Origin: Alphaproteobacteria bacterium
GTDB taxonomy: Bacteria > Pseudomonadota > Alphaproteobacteria > Rs-D84
DNA length: 64,000 bases
Assembly: GCA_017472065.1 (NCBI GenBank)
Contig: JAFURB010000003.1
Span: forward strand, 16,524-80,523
Direction: 5' to 3'
In this document: positions 37,483 to 47,256 of the stretch, in pieces
Position numbering within the stretch: position 1 is the first letter of the stretch
How the letters are laid out: the number at the start of each line of letters is the position of its first letter
The notes under the pieces: generated by a model
The model's database searches: none
What the model saw: only the letters and a program-made list of their open reading frames with translations
Told to the model about the DNA's origin: nothing
Translations under genes and position numbers: made by a program

Positions 37483-38548
37483 TTAACCGCGTTGCAGCAA
37501 ACTTAACATAAAATCATCCAAATCCCCATCCAAGACCGCATCAGAATCCGTTTTTTCGACCCCTGTGCGAACATCTTTGACCAATTGATATGGATACAAG
37601 ACATAGTTTCTTATCTGGCTGCCCCAATCAATCTTTTTTTGCTGGGCCAGGGCGGCATTTTCAGCCTCGGCCCGTTTTTGCAGTTCTAATTCATACAATT
37701 TACTGCGTAACATTTTCATTGCCATTTCGCGGTTTTGAATCTGGCTGCGTTCATTTTGACATGTTACAACTGTGTTTGTTGGTATGTGTGTTATGCGAAC
37801 CGCACTGTCGGTTTTGTTAACGTGTTGCCCGCCGGCACCTGATGAACGATATGTGTCAATGCGTAAATCTTTGTCGTTTATTTCAATTTCAATTGTGTCA
37901 TCAACATCGGGCCAAACATCAACTGATGCAAAACTGGTCTGGCGTTTGCCGTTGGCATTAAATGGTGAAATTCGAACCAGACGATGAACACCGATTTCAT
38001 TTTTTAGCCACCCATACGCCCGATTGCCCGATATGCGGTATGTGATATTTTTTATCCCAGCGGTGTCACCGGGGTGTTCTTCGATAATCTCGGTTGAAAA
38101 ACCGTGGCGTTCGGCCCAGCGCGCATACATGCGTGATAACATCTGGGCCCAATCTTGGGCCTCGGTTCCGCCGGCGCCGGCCTGGATAAACAAGAACGCA
38201 CCGTTGTTATCTGCGGGTTCTCGGAACAGGGTGATGAATTTTGCGCGATGTGCGGCATCTGCCAATGCCTCGATTCCGGCAATGACATCCGTATCATCTG
38301 GGGCAATTTGATACAGTTCACTTAAATTCTTGTATTCTGATTCCAGGTGTTTTAATTCGCCCATTGATTTTTCCAGACCAGATTTTTTTTGCAAAATGGC
38401 CCGCGCAGAATCAGGATTGTTCCATAAATCTGGATTATTAACCTGGGAATTTAGTTCGTCAATCTGTGATTGCAGTTTTTCAGGGTCAAAGAAACCCCCT
38501 AACGGCGGAAATGTCGTCGGAAATCTGCGATAAAACTTCATTAACCAT
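37483..38548 (-). CDS. prfB: Peptide chain release factor 2, requiring a +1 programmed ribosomal frameshift at CUU UGA C (38491-38485)
   Basis: GGQ motif (SGAGGQHVNKTDSAVRITHIPT) and SPF motif (RISPFNANGKRQT). Upstream in the 0 frame, ATG (38548) GTT AAT GAA ... GTT AGG GGG TTT CTT TGA encodes MVNEVLSQISDDISAVRGFL then stop, with the SD-like AGGGGG 3 nt before CTT TGA C. This is the canonical prfB autoregulatory site. The track ORF (from 38541) is the +1 frame only. Confidence 0.9.
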
Positions 38549-38672
38549 AATCATGGCACCCATGATAACATTAAAATTTGTTGAATCAATGAATTTTTGG
38601 CACCGGATATTAAAACAGTGTTTGCGTTTTTTAGACTAATATGTTAAAATTCATCTAACGAGAGGGACCCTA

Positions 38673-39923
38673 ATGACGAAATTTTTCATGATTTTTGGGC
38701 TTTTTGGCCTGTGCTTTGGTGCAATGGATGCACATGCGGTGTCTGCTGGTACGGTTTCTGCGGCAAACGCGGCATCTAATTCGCGCAGTGTTTCTATGTA
38801 CACCCCCAGTGCCGATGGCGCCCGTGGAAATCAAGGTCTTGCCAACGCGTACAAGGCCAATCAACGCAATACATATTACATGGTGACCCAACCGGATGTT
38901 GACACCGCGTGCCGTGAAAAGATTTATGCATGCCTGTCAGATTATTGTGGCGATGTGACCGTTGTGCCGGGTCAACGCACATCAAAATGTCAGTATGCAA
39001 CAGAATCCGAATTGTATAATTATACATTACTTTGTCTGCAAAAGGATAATTCTGTCTTGTTGCCCCAATATAATACAAATACGCGCACTGGTCCGGGCGG
39101 CATGAATACTGCGGCGCGCCTGTGCCCACCATATGTTCAGCAAGAATTAATGTCATACCTGTCCATGGCAAACATGGCGAACCAGTTATCTAAATCTAAT
39201 TCCGACCTGTGTATTCAGCGTCGCCAGGAATTAGAGGCTGCCATGGCGTGCCACTCGGTCGCGCTGGCGTACGGTAACGAAACGGCCAGTATGCTGAACC
39301 GTCAATTGACAGATTATTGTGGTGCCGGTGTCCCAGGGGGCAGTGCTGAAATGGTAACTCGTTTTGCCAACGCGGGCAATGTTGGTGCAAATATTTGGGG
39401 GTGGGCCGAAAAGATTGTTAGTCTGAACCTGAACGAAAAGGGCGCAGATTGGCAGATGGCGGTTGATTCTGTCTTGGCGGGATATACAAATCGTATGAAC
39501 CTGGCATGTGGTGATAATCTGCAGATTAATACAACAGGTGCGGCCGCGTCGTCAAACGAACCAACAACATTGCAGACTGTTGCGGCGTTGGCGGTGGGGA
39601 CTGCGTTCCCAACGGTAAACAATAATGCGCCAAATCCGTATGAAACCCAATCGGTGTTTATGCAGGTTGAATCACGTTCTGAGTTATGGGATTATAACAC
39701 CGCGTACCAGGTGGTCCAGGCCGGTTTGACTAATAACTCCATGACGCAAAATGCATTTTTGACCAGCGCGCAAATGGATGATATGCAAACGGCATACAAA
39801 CGCGGAACCAAGGTGTTCATTATTCGTGACAGTGCGCGTTGCTATATGATTCCTGTGGCGCAATTGTCCCAGACGGAAACATCGCTTGTGTCACAGACAT
39901 TTGCCAATTGTATCAGTAAATAA
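38673..39923 (+). CDS. Secreted Cys-containing protein of unknown function (416 aa)
   Basis: Signal peptide MTKFFMIFGLFGLCFGAMDAHA. RBS GAGGG. Followed by a terminator. Confidence 0.55.
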   Translation: MTKFFMIFGLFGLCFGAMDAHAVSAGTVSAANAASNSRSVSMYTPSADGARGNQGLANAYKANQRNTYYMVTQPDVDTACREKIYACLSDYCGDVTVVPGQRTSKCQYATESELYNYTLLCLQKDNSVLLPQYNTNTRTGPGGMNTAARLCPPYVQQELMSYLSMANMANQLSKSNSDLCIQRRQELEAAMACHSVALAYGNETASMLNRQLTDYCGAGVPGGSAEMVTRFANAGNVGANIWGWAEKIVSLNLNEKGADWQMAVDSVLAGYTNRMNLACGDNLQINTTGAAASSNEPTTLQTVAALAVGTAFPTVNNNAPNPYETQSVFMQVESRSELWDYNTAYQVVQAGLTNNSMTQNAFLTSAQMDDMQTAYKRGTKVFIIRDSARCYMIPVAQLSQTETSLVSQTFANCISK

Positions 39924-39950
39924 TAATCCCCCGCATGGGGGATTTTTTTA
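39924..39950 (+). terminator. Terminator
   Basis: ATCCCCC-GCAT-GGGGGAT followed by T8. Confidence 0.65.
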
Positions 39951-40018
39951 TTATTGCTTTCATTAAAAAACATTGTATAATCACACGGCAATCTTTAAGA
40001 CAATATTAGGGGAAACAC

Positions 40019-41326
40019 ATGTTCAAAAAAGAAAAAATCAAAGATTTACATTATTCTGTTACTGGTCTGATTTCTGCCGATGAATTACAGGGTGCGGCCG
40101 ATGAAATTTTATTGGAACACGGTAAAAAGGTTAAAATGCCGGGATTTCGCACAGGCAAGGTTCCATTAAACATCCTGCGTCAAAAATACAACGCATCTGC
40201 ATACGGCGAAGCCATTGATAAATTAATGAACCGTGATCTGGAAACATATGTCGCGGATAAAAAAATTCGTTTGGCCGGCGCACCCAAGGTTGATTTAGCT
40301 GGTTGGGAAATTGGCAAAGATGCTGAATATTCAATGGAATTTGACATTTTGCCAACATTGCCTGCGATTGATTTAGAAAAAATCACAGTAACTAAAAAGA
40401 ACGCCAAACTGGATGAAAAAGAAGTTGAAACAGCATTGGAAAACATCCGCAAATCACGCAGTTCTGCAATTAAACAAGACGCAGATTACAAGGCGGCCGA
40501 TGGTGACACCGCGGTTATTGATTTCAAGGGGTTTGTTGGTGATGTCGCATTCGAAGGCGGCGCGGCAACTAAACATCATTTAATCTTGGGTTCTGGTTCA
40601 TTTATTCCTGGGTTCGAAGATCAGATTATTGGACACAAATCTGGCGATAAATTTGATGTTAATGTTAAATTCCCATCTGATTATCATGCTGAAAATCTGG
40701 CGGGCAAAGATGCGCGTTTCGAAGTTTTGGTTCACGAAGTTCGCAAACATATCTTGCCAGAATTGAACGACGATTTGGCCAAACAGGTCGGTCAAGAATC
40801 TGTTGAAGCGTTGCGTGAACATATCCGTAAAATCATCAATGAACAATATGACGAAGCGGCCAAACGCGACATGCGTAATGAATTGTTGGATGCATTGGCG
40901 GACAAGGTTAAATTGGATTTGCCAGAAACATTGGTTGAACAAGAATACAACATGGCAAAATCAGAATTCGACCATCATAATTCACATTGTCACGATGAAA
41001 AATGTGAACACAAATGGGATGAAAAACAAGAACGCAAAGATGCCGAACGCCGTGTTAAATTGGGCTTAATCTTGGCTGAATGGGGCACCCAGAACAAGGT
41101 AGAGGTTACACGCGACGACCTGCAACAGGCCATCTGGGCCGAAGCGGCGCGTTACCCAGATCCGAAACAGGTATTTGAATTCTATAACCAGAATCAAAAT
41201 GCGTTGGCGATGTTGCGTGGCATGATTTTTGAACGCAAGGCCCTGGATGCAATGTTGACACATGTCAAGACCAAGGACAAAACTGTCCCAGCAGACGAAT
41301 TGTTCAAACAGGCATCTGTTCGCTAA
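40019..41326 (+). CDS. tig: Trigger factor, with a His/Cys-rich insertion
   Basis: N-terminal ribosome-binding signature MPGFRTGKVP; PPIase-like middle domain. Unusual insert EFDHHNSHCHDEKCEHKWDEKQERK. Confidence 0.85.
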   Translation: MFKKEKIKDLHYSVTGLISADELQGAADEILLEHGKKVKMPGFRTGKVPLNILRQKYNASAYGEAIDKLMNRDLETYVADKKIRLAGAPKVDLAGWEIGKDAEYSMEFDILPTLPAIDLEKITVTKKNAKLDEKEVETALENIRKSRSSAIKQDADYKAADGDTAVIDFKGFVGDVAFEGGAATKHHLILGSGSFIPGFEDQIIGHKSGDKFDVNVKFPSDYHAENLAGKDARFEVLVHEVRKHILPELNDDLAKQVGQESVEALREHIRKIINEQYDEAAKRDMRNELLDALADKVKLDLPETLVEQEYNMAKSEFDHHNSHCHDEKCEHKWDEKQERKDAERRVKLGLILAEWGTQNKVEVTRDDLQQAIWAEAARYPDPKQVFEFYNQNQNALAMLRGMIFERKALDAMLTHVKTKDKTVPADELFKQASVR

Positions 41327-41335
41327 GTCAATAAA

Positions 41336-41362
41336 AACGCACCGAACGGTGCGTTTTCTTTT
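41336..41362 (+). terminator. Terminator after tig
   Basis: AACGCACCG-AAC-GGTGCGTT followed by TTCTTTT. Confidence 0.6.
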
Positions 41363-41382
41363 AATTATTTGGGGGAAATGAT

Positions 41383-42348
41383 ATGAAGGCGTATTTGGAT
41401 ATTTTAGAAAATATTTATAACAACTGTGCCGATGTGCGTCAAAATCGCACCGGAATACCAGATATCGGTACGGGACATGGTGCAACATTTGTGCATGATA
41501 TGGCGGACGGATTTCCGCTAATCACAACCAAAAAAATGGGGCTGAAAAATATTGCAACCGAACTAGAATTCTTTTTGCGTGGCATAACGGACAAGAAATG
41601 GTTACAAGACAGAAAATGTAAAATCTGGAACGAGTGGGCAAACCCCATCAAGGTCGAAGAATCATACAACATAAAAACTAAAATGCTAGAGCAGGGCGGT
41701 CCGTTAACCGATCAACAAAAACAAATTGTCCGTAATTCTGTTATGGATTATGAACGGGATTTGGGGCCGATTTATGGATTCCAATGGCGGCATTTTGGTG
41801 GTGAATATCAGTGGGATTTGAATCGAATTGAACAGAATCCATCAGATAATTTTAATCATGAACGCCCCGGCGTTGACCAGGTTGCCACCGCAATCGACAA
41901 ATTAAAAAACAATCCCAACGATCGTCGTATAATTGTGTCTGCGTGGAATCCGGTTGATTTCCCCCAGATGGCATTGCCACCGTGCCATGTCATGCACCAG
42001 TTAATTGCCCGTGACGGTCGCCTGAATCTGATTTGGACCCAGCGTTCATGTGACATGTTCCTTGGGATACCGTATAATATTGCCAGTTATGCGTTATTGT
42101 TATTGCTGTATGCCAAAGAATCTGGAATGACACCCGGGATATTAAAGGGCGAATTTCATGATGCACACATTTACACAAATCATTTACCCCAGGTTGCCCA
42201 GCAATTATCGCGCACCCCGTATAAGTTACCAACGGTTACAATCCCAGATGAAAACTGGCATGGGATGTTGAATTGGCATGCGGATGATGGATTCAAACTT
42301 AATGATTACATATGTCATGAAAAATTAGCGGGCGCGGTTGCGCGATAA
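41383..42348 (+). CDS. thyA: Thymidylate synthase (ThyA), with a ~55-aa internal insertion
   Basis: RTGIPDIGTGHGATFVHDMADGFPLITTKKMGLKNIATELEFFLRG...; catalytic LPPCHVMHQ; DAHIYTNH. 321 aa versus ~264 for a typical ThyA. Confidence 0.9.
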   Translation: MKAYLDILENIYNNCADVRQNRTGIPDIGTGHGATFVHDMADGFPLITTKKMGLKNIATELEFFLRGITDKKWLQDRKCKIWNEWANPIKVEESYNIKTKMLEQGGPLTDQQKQIVRNSVMDYERDLGPIYGFQWRHFGGEYQWDLNRIEQNPSDNFNHERPGVDQVATAIDKLKNNPNDRRIIVSAWNPVDFPQMALPPCHVMHQLIARDGRLNLIWTQRSCDMFLGIPYNIASYALLLLLYAKESGMTPGILKGEFHDAHIYTNHLPQVAQQLSRTPYKLPTVTIPDENWHGMLNWHADDGFKLNDYICHEKLAGAVAR

Positions 42349-42559
42349 TTCGCTTGACAATTAACTGTTGTGATGTCATAATAAGTGTGCGTCGTAACAG
42401 ATAACGAGGCGTGCATAAAAGACGCATATCTTTTTGGGAACGCCTACAATGCAAATGCAAGAGGTTACGCTCCGTTTTTCGAACCGATTTTGTCGGTTCT
42501 TTTTTTTATTCCTATATCGGTGCTTGAATGAATATTGAAAATTTGATATAATATTTGCC

Positions 42560-43729
42560 ATGAAATTATCGCGTCGCAGTGTTTTGAAAATAACGGGTTT
42601 TAGTGTTCTGGCACTAACGGCATTGCCACGCATGGCATTTGCTGCGCGCAATTCATTGCGTTCTTTGCGTACTGGGGTGCAGCCTGGCAACAAAACCCGT
42701 TTGGTGATTGAAACGGCGACGCGCCCGTCTTATTCATTATCGTATCCCGCGAATCAGTTGATTGTTACATTGTCCAATACGGCCGCCAACACGGGGATAA
42801 GTCCGAAATTGGCATCCGGTACATTGGTAAAATCCCTGGCCCAGGCCCAGATATCTGATTCCCTGCAAATAATTGTAAATTTGAACAAACCGATTTCGCA
42901 AATACCAAAATCTCAGATTATGGTATTGGAACCAAATGGTGATAATGATTATCGTTTGGTGCTGGATTTCGTGGCGGGAACACCTGGGGCGGCATCGGCG
43001 ACCACTGCTACAACAACGGCATCATCGCCCAAGAAAACGGCCGCACCATCAAAAAAATACATTGTTGTTGTTGATGCAGGCCACGGGGGCAAGGACCCTG
43101 GCTGTATTGGCAAGGGTGGCACCCGTGAAAAAGACATTGTTTTATCTGTGGCGCGCAAATTAAAAACGCAACTGGATGCCAATGGGTTCCAAACATATTT
43201 AACGCGCAGTGGGGATACATATCTAAAATTGGCCCAACGCGCCGAAATTGCAGAAAAGAAAAAAGCAGACCTGTTTATATCGCTGCACGCAAATGCAAAC
43301 CCCAGCCGCGCTATGAAGGGATTTTCAATCTATACACTTTCTGAAAAAGCGTCCGACGAAGAGGCAAAAAAACTGGCCGAGGCTGAAAATGCCGCCGACA
43401 AAATCGGGGTCGAAGGATTTACCGAATTTGAAGAAAATATTCGCATTGCGCTGTCTTCGTTACAACAACACGCCGTCGCAGAAATGAGTGAAGAATACGC
43501 CAACGGTGCTGCGCGTGCGTTCAAGAAAAAATCTATAACACAACAACCTGGGCCTGATGTTCGTCATGCGCCATTTGCGGTTTTGCGTTCGACTGTGCCG
43601 GGCGCATTGCTCGAATTGGGGCATTTGTCCAACGCGGCCGAGGAAAAGTTACTTAAATCATCCGCACACCAAGACAAACTGGTCGCTGCGATTGTTAAAT
43701 CGGTTAAAAACTATAATTTTGATGTATAA
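42560..43729 (+). CDS. amiC: N-acetylmuramoyl-L-alanine amidase (Amidase_3, AmiC-like) with a Tat signal peptide
   Basis: Twin-arginine signal MKLSRRSVLKITGFSVLALTALPRMAFA. Catalytic region VVVDAGHGGKDPGCIG...DLFISLHANA. Confidence 0.85.
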   Translation: MKLSRRSVLKITGFSVLALTALPRMAFAARNSLRSLRTGVQPGNKTRLVIETATRPSYSLSYPANQLIVTLSNTAANTGISPKLASGTLVKSLAQAQISDSLQIIVNLNKPISQIPKSQIMVLEPNGDNDYRLVLDFVAGTPGAASATTATTTASSPKKTAAPSKKYIVVVDAGHGGKDPGCIGKGGTREKDIVLSVARKLKTQLDANGFQTYLTRSGDTYLKLAQRAEIAEKKKADLFISLHANANPSRAMKGFSIYTLSEKASDEEAKKLAEAENAADKIGVEGFTEFEENIRIALSSLQQHAVAEMSEEYANGAARAFKKKSITQQPGPDVRHAPFAVLRSTVPGALLELGHLSNAAEEKLLKSSAHQDKLVAAIVKSVKNYNFDV

Positions 43730-43733
43730 AAAT

Positions 43734-43755
43734 ACCCGCGATATGCGGGTTTTAT
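43734..43755. terminator. Bidirectional terminator between amiC (+) and tRNA-Ser (-)
   Basis: ACCCGCG-ATAT-GCGGGT flanked by A and T tracts. Confidence 0.6.
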
Positions 43756-43757
43756 TC

Positions 43758-43847
43758 TGGCGGAGCAGAAGGGATTTGAACCCTTGATAGAGTTGCCCCT
43801 ATACGCGATTTCGAGTCGCGCGCATTCAACCACTCTGCCACTGCTCC
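43758..43847 (-). tRNA. tRNA-Ser (anticodon CGA)
   Basis: Reverse complement GGAGCAGTGGCAGAGTGGTTGAATGCGCGCGACTCGAAATCGCGTATAGGGGCAACTCTATCAAGGGTTCAAATCCCTTCTGCTCCGCCA: anticodon loop CTCGAAA, long variable arm. Total 90 nt. Confidence 0.85.
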
Positions 43848-43934
43848 TGTGTGCGCCATTATAATCATGCTGGGATTATTTTGCAAGGGTTAATATTTGA
43901 CTTTTTCCATCCGTTGATTAGAATAAAAAACACT

Positions 43935-44279
43935 ATGGCTATGACATTTAATGAACAGGTTTATGATACCGTTGCGCGCATCCCGGCGGGGCGCGTTGCG
44001 ACATTTGGTCAAATCGCACAAATGATTGGTCGTCCGCGTATGGCGCGATTTGTTGGGTATGCATCGAATAATAAAAACAGTTGGCATCTGCCATGGCATC
44101 GTGTTGTGTTCAAGAACGGTTCGCTGTGTTCTGGATTCGCCGCTGAACAGTATCGCATGCTAAAATCCGAAGGGGTAAAATTCGATTCAGATAAATGTGT
44201 TATAATGTCTGAATACCAGTGGGACCCCGAACGTGATGGAATGCCATTGGAACTGAAAGATTTGCCATTGGTGTTTTAA
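43935..44279 (+). CDS. Alkyltransferase-like (ATL) protein, MGMT DNA-binding domain with Trp replacing the catalytic Cys
   Basis: GRVATFGQIAQMIGRP...HLPWHRVV: PWHRV instead of PCHRV, which is the ATL signature. Confidence 0.65.
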   Translation: MAMTFNEQVYDTVARIPAGRVATFGQIAQMIGRPRMARFVGYASNNKNSWHLPWHRVVFKNGSLCSGFAAEQYRMLKSEGVKFDSDKCVIMSEYQWDPERDGMPLELKDLPLVF

Positions 44280-44305
44280 GAAAAACGGGGAATTTTCCCC
44301 GTTTT

Positions 44306-45001
44306 TTATTTGTTCTTTTTTGCACCGCTCGATTTCTGTGTCAGACGTTCGTATATCGTATCTGATGCCAATGGTTTGTATGACAAAAACCATGCGCGTG
44401 AATCAATGTTTTTTTCACGTTTTTTTGCAAATTTATTTAGTTCATTTGTATTCTGTGGGGCGGGCACCAAAACATGTTCCCCCGGCACCCAGTCGGCGGG
44501 AATCGCAACACGAAACGCATCTGCGGTTTGTAATGCAACAACAATTCGCATAATTTCTGTAAAATTGCGCCCCAATACCGCCGGATAGTATAAAATTGCA
44601 CGAATAATCCCCATGGGGTCAATTATAAATACTGCGCGCACGGCATGTGTATCGGATGACGAATCGTGAATCATGCCGTATGTGCGTGCGATGTCTGTGT
44701 CCATGTCGGCGATAACAGGAAATGTGATTTTTGCACCGCCGTCCATTTCGCTGATTGCATGAATCCACGCAAGATGAGATGGAATTGCGCCAACCGACAA
44801 TGCAACCAGGTCTGTATTTAATTCATCAAATTGACTTAATAATTCCTGGAATCTAATAAATTCTGTTGTGCATACCGGGGTAAAATCAGACGGATGTGAA
44901 AAGAAAATCACCCATTTTCCGGCATAGTCATGTGGAAAATGTAATGGCCCGTTTGTTGTCTGGGCATGAAATTCGGGGGCCGTGTCACCAATCAGTGGCA
45001 T
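44306..45001 (-). CDS. Peroxiredoxin (1-Cys Prx / Prx6-like)
   Basis: Active site SHPSDFTPVCTTE; 231 aa from MPLIGDTAPEF. The track ORF extends 13 codons further upstream. Confidence 0.85.
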   Translation of the reverse strand: MPLIGDTAPEFHAQTTNGPLHFPHDYAGKWVIFFSHPSDFTPVCTTEFIRFQELLSQFDELNTDLVALSVGAIPSHLAWIHAISEMDGGAKITFPVIADMDTDIARTYGMIHDSSSDTHAVRAVFIIDPMGIIRAILYYPAVLGRNFTEIMRIVVALQTADAFRVAIPADWVPGEHVLVPAPQNTNELNKFAKKREKNIDSRAWFLSYKPLASDTIYERLTQKSSGAKKNK

Positions 45002-45191
45002 TTTATTTGCTACGATTTCATCGTCACAGATATTGAACATATGCGTTTCTCCTTTTTTTGTTTGTATAAATTTAGCCTAGCATTTTCAACGCACTAATCG
45101 TCACAGGAACCTATTCATTTAATAATAAAAAACTTTACTCTTGATAAAATGTGCTATGATATGAATAATATAGGGCAAGATAAAAGGATAT

Positions 45192-45476
45192 ATGATTATG
45201 AAACGTTCTGATATTGTACGAACTATTCAGGTTCAATTTAAGCATATGCGCGCATCTGATGCGGCGGCAATTCTGGATACTGTGGCGGATCACATGATTG
45301 ATTCTGTTGCCAACGGCGATCGTATTGAAATTCGCGGTTTTGGTACATTTCAACCACGCGCCCGCGCGACCAAAATCGGATATAATCCATGTACTGGGAT
45401 GCCAATGCCATTACCGGCCAGCACGACAATCCTTTTCAAGCCCAGTCGTGAATTAACAAAAAAAATGAACGGATAA
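45192..45476 (+). CDS. ihfB: Integration host factor beta subunit (HU/IHF family)
   Basis: GDRIEIRGFGTFQPRARATKIGYNPCTG matches the IHF-beta beta-arm signature. Confidence 0.8.
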   Translation: MIMKRSDIVRTIQVQFKHMRASDAAAILDTVADHMIDSVANGDRIEIRGFGTFQPRARATKIGYNPCTGMPMPLPASTTILFKPSRELTKKMNG

Positions 45477-45482
45477 TAAATT

Positions 45483-47228
45483 ATGTTATTTGGTAAAAAA
45501 TCGGGAATTAAAAACCGTAATCGTGAACGTTATGAACGCATACGTCGCCTGATGTGGATTAAGTGTTCATCATGTGGGAAACTGGTTTACTATAAAGATT
45601 ACAAGGAAAACCTGTACATTTGTCCGCATTGTAAACGTGCGTTTATCATGTCGCCTAAGCAGCGGTTTAATTTGCTGTTTGATGACAAGACATGGGAAAA
45701 AATAACACTGCCCACAACGACGGACGACCCGTTACAGTTTGTTGACAGAATCCCGTATGTTGATCGTTTGGCTGATGCGCGTGCTGATACCGGGTGCAGT
45801 GATGCTGTTACCACGGCGGATGGCACAATTGGTGGTGTCCCATCGACGGTATGTGTGTTAAACGGTGATTTTATGATGGGGTCAATGGGGCGTGCGGCCG
45901 GCGACGGTATTATTGCCAGCATTGAACACGCCATTGATACCAAACGTCCATTTATTATGGTTGTGGCCAGTGGTGGTGCCCGTATGCAGGAAAATATCCT
46001 GTCGTTGATGCAGATGGCGCGTACAACGGCGGCTGTGAATAAACTGCATGAAAACAAAATTCCATATATTGTTTTATTAACGGATCCAACATATGGTGGC
46101 GTTACGGCATCATTTGCGATGCTGGGGGATATTCATATTGCAGAATCCGGTGCGCGCATTGGATTTGCCGGTCGGCGTGTAATAGAACAAAATATTCGTG
46201 AAAAATTACCATCTAATTTCCAGACGGCTGAATATCTGTATGAACATGGCATGGTCGATATGGTTGTCGAACGTCGTGATTTGCATGATGTTTTGGCGCG
46301 CATTTTGGCAGTGTTAACGAAACAGCCACGCGAACCAAAGCAGATAAATATCGCGACACCTGCATATGATACATCTAAAAAAATCCGTGGCATGGGCGAA
46401 ACAGATGCATATGACAAAGTATTGTTGGCCCGCCATGAAAATCGTCCACACTTTTTAGACTATATCAGTGGCATCGTAGATGATTGGACATATCTGGCCG
46501 GTGACAGATTATATGCCGAAGATGCCGCCATGGCATCTGGAATTGGTTTTTGGCGCGGTATTCCGTCGGTCATTATTGGCCAAGAACAAGGGCGCACAAT
46601 CGAAACCCGTCAAAAGCATCGCTTTGGCATGGCCAATCCAGACGGTTATCGCAAGGCCCAGCGTATGATGCGCCTGGCAGAAAAGTTTGAATTGCCGTTG
46701 ATTTCTTTGTTTGATACTGCCGGTGCATTTGCCGGCCGCGAAGGCGAAGAACGTGGCCAGTCCCAGGCTGTTGCAGAATCGATGTCGGTCGGTCTGTCTA
46801 TCAAGACCCCATATGTTGCTGTTAATGTCGGCCAGGGTGGATCTGGGGGGGCAATTGCAATTGGTACGGCGGATCGCGTACTGATGTTGGAAAATGCGAT
46901 TTATTCTGTTATCGCACCTGAATCATGTGCATCAATTTTATGGAAGGATAACAAGTTCAAGGCCGATGCCGCCGCTGCAATGAAACTGACGGCGCGTGAT
47001 ATGGCGAACTTAAATGTTATTGATGAAATTATCCCAGAACCGGACAAGGGCGCGCACACAAATTGGCAAACAACAATGGAATTGTTGTCGGCGGCGGTTG
47101 CAAATCATATCGCTGAATTGCAGACCGTTCCTGTGGACCAATTGCCGGCTATGCGTGCGGATAAATTCTTTGCAATGACGCGCGATGTTGAAATATTTCA
47201 ACCCGCCCATGATACCGAAGACAATTAA
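45483..47228 (+). CDS. Acetyl-CoA carboxylase carboxyltransferase, fused beta (AccD) and alpha (AccA) subunits in one 581-aa ORF
   Basis: N-terminal Zn ribbon CSSCGKLVYYKDYKENLYICPHCKRAF plus GGVPSTVCVLNGDFMMGSMG (AccD). C-terminal GFWRGIPSVIIGQEQGR...ISLFDTAGAFAG...IDEIIPEPDKGAHTN (AccA). No stop codon between the two halves. Confidence 0.8.
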   Translation: MLFGKKSGIKNRNRERYERIRRLMWIKCSSCGKLVYYKDYKENLYICPHCKRAFIMSPKQRFNLLFDDKTWEKITLPTTTDDPLQFVDRIPYVDRLADARADTGCSDAVTTADGTIGGVPSTVCVLNGDFMMGSMGRAAGDGIIASIEHAIDTKRPFIMVVASGGARMQENILSLMQMARTTAAVNKLHENKIPYIVLLTDPTYGGVTASFAMLGDIHIAESGARIGFAGRRVIEQNIREKLPSNFQTAEYLYEHGMVDMVVERRDLHDVLARILAVLTKQPREPKQINIATPAYDTSKKIRGMGETDAYDKVLLARHENRPHFLDYISGIVDDWTYLAGDRLYAEDAAMASGIGFWRGIPSVIIGQEQGRTIETRQKHRFGMANPDGYRKAQRMMRLAEKFELPLISLFDTAGAFAGREGEERGQSQAVAESMSVGLSIKTPYVAVNVGQGGSGGAIAIGTADRVLMLENAIYSVIAPESCASILWKDNKFKADAAAAMKLTARDMANLNVIDEIIPEPDKGAHTNWQTTMELLSAAVANHIAELQTVPVDQLPAMRADKFFAMTRDVEIFQPAHDTEDN

Positions 47229-47256
47229 AAAATCCCCCAATTGGGGGATTTTTTAT
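47229..47256. terminator. Bidirectional terminator
   Basis: ATCCCCCAA-TTGGGGGAT followed by T6. Confidence 0.6.
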
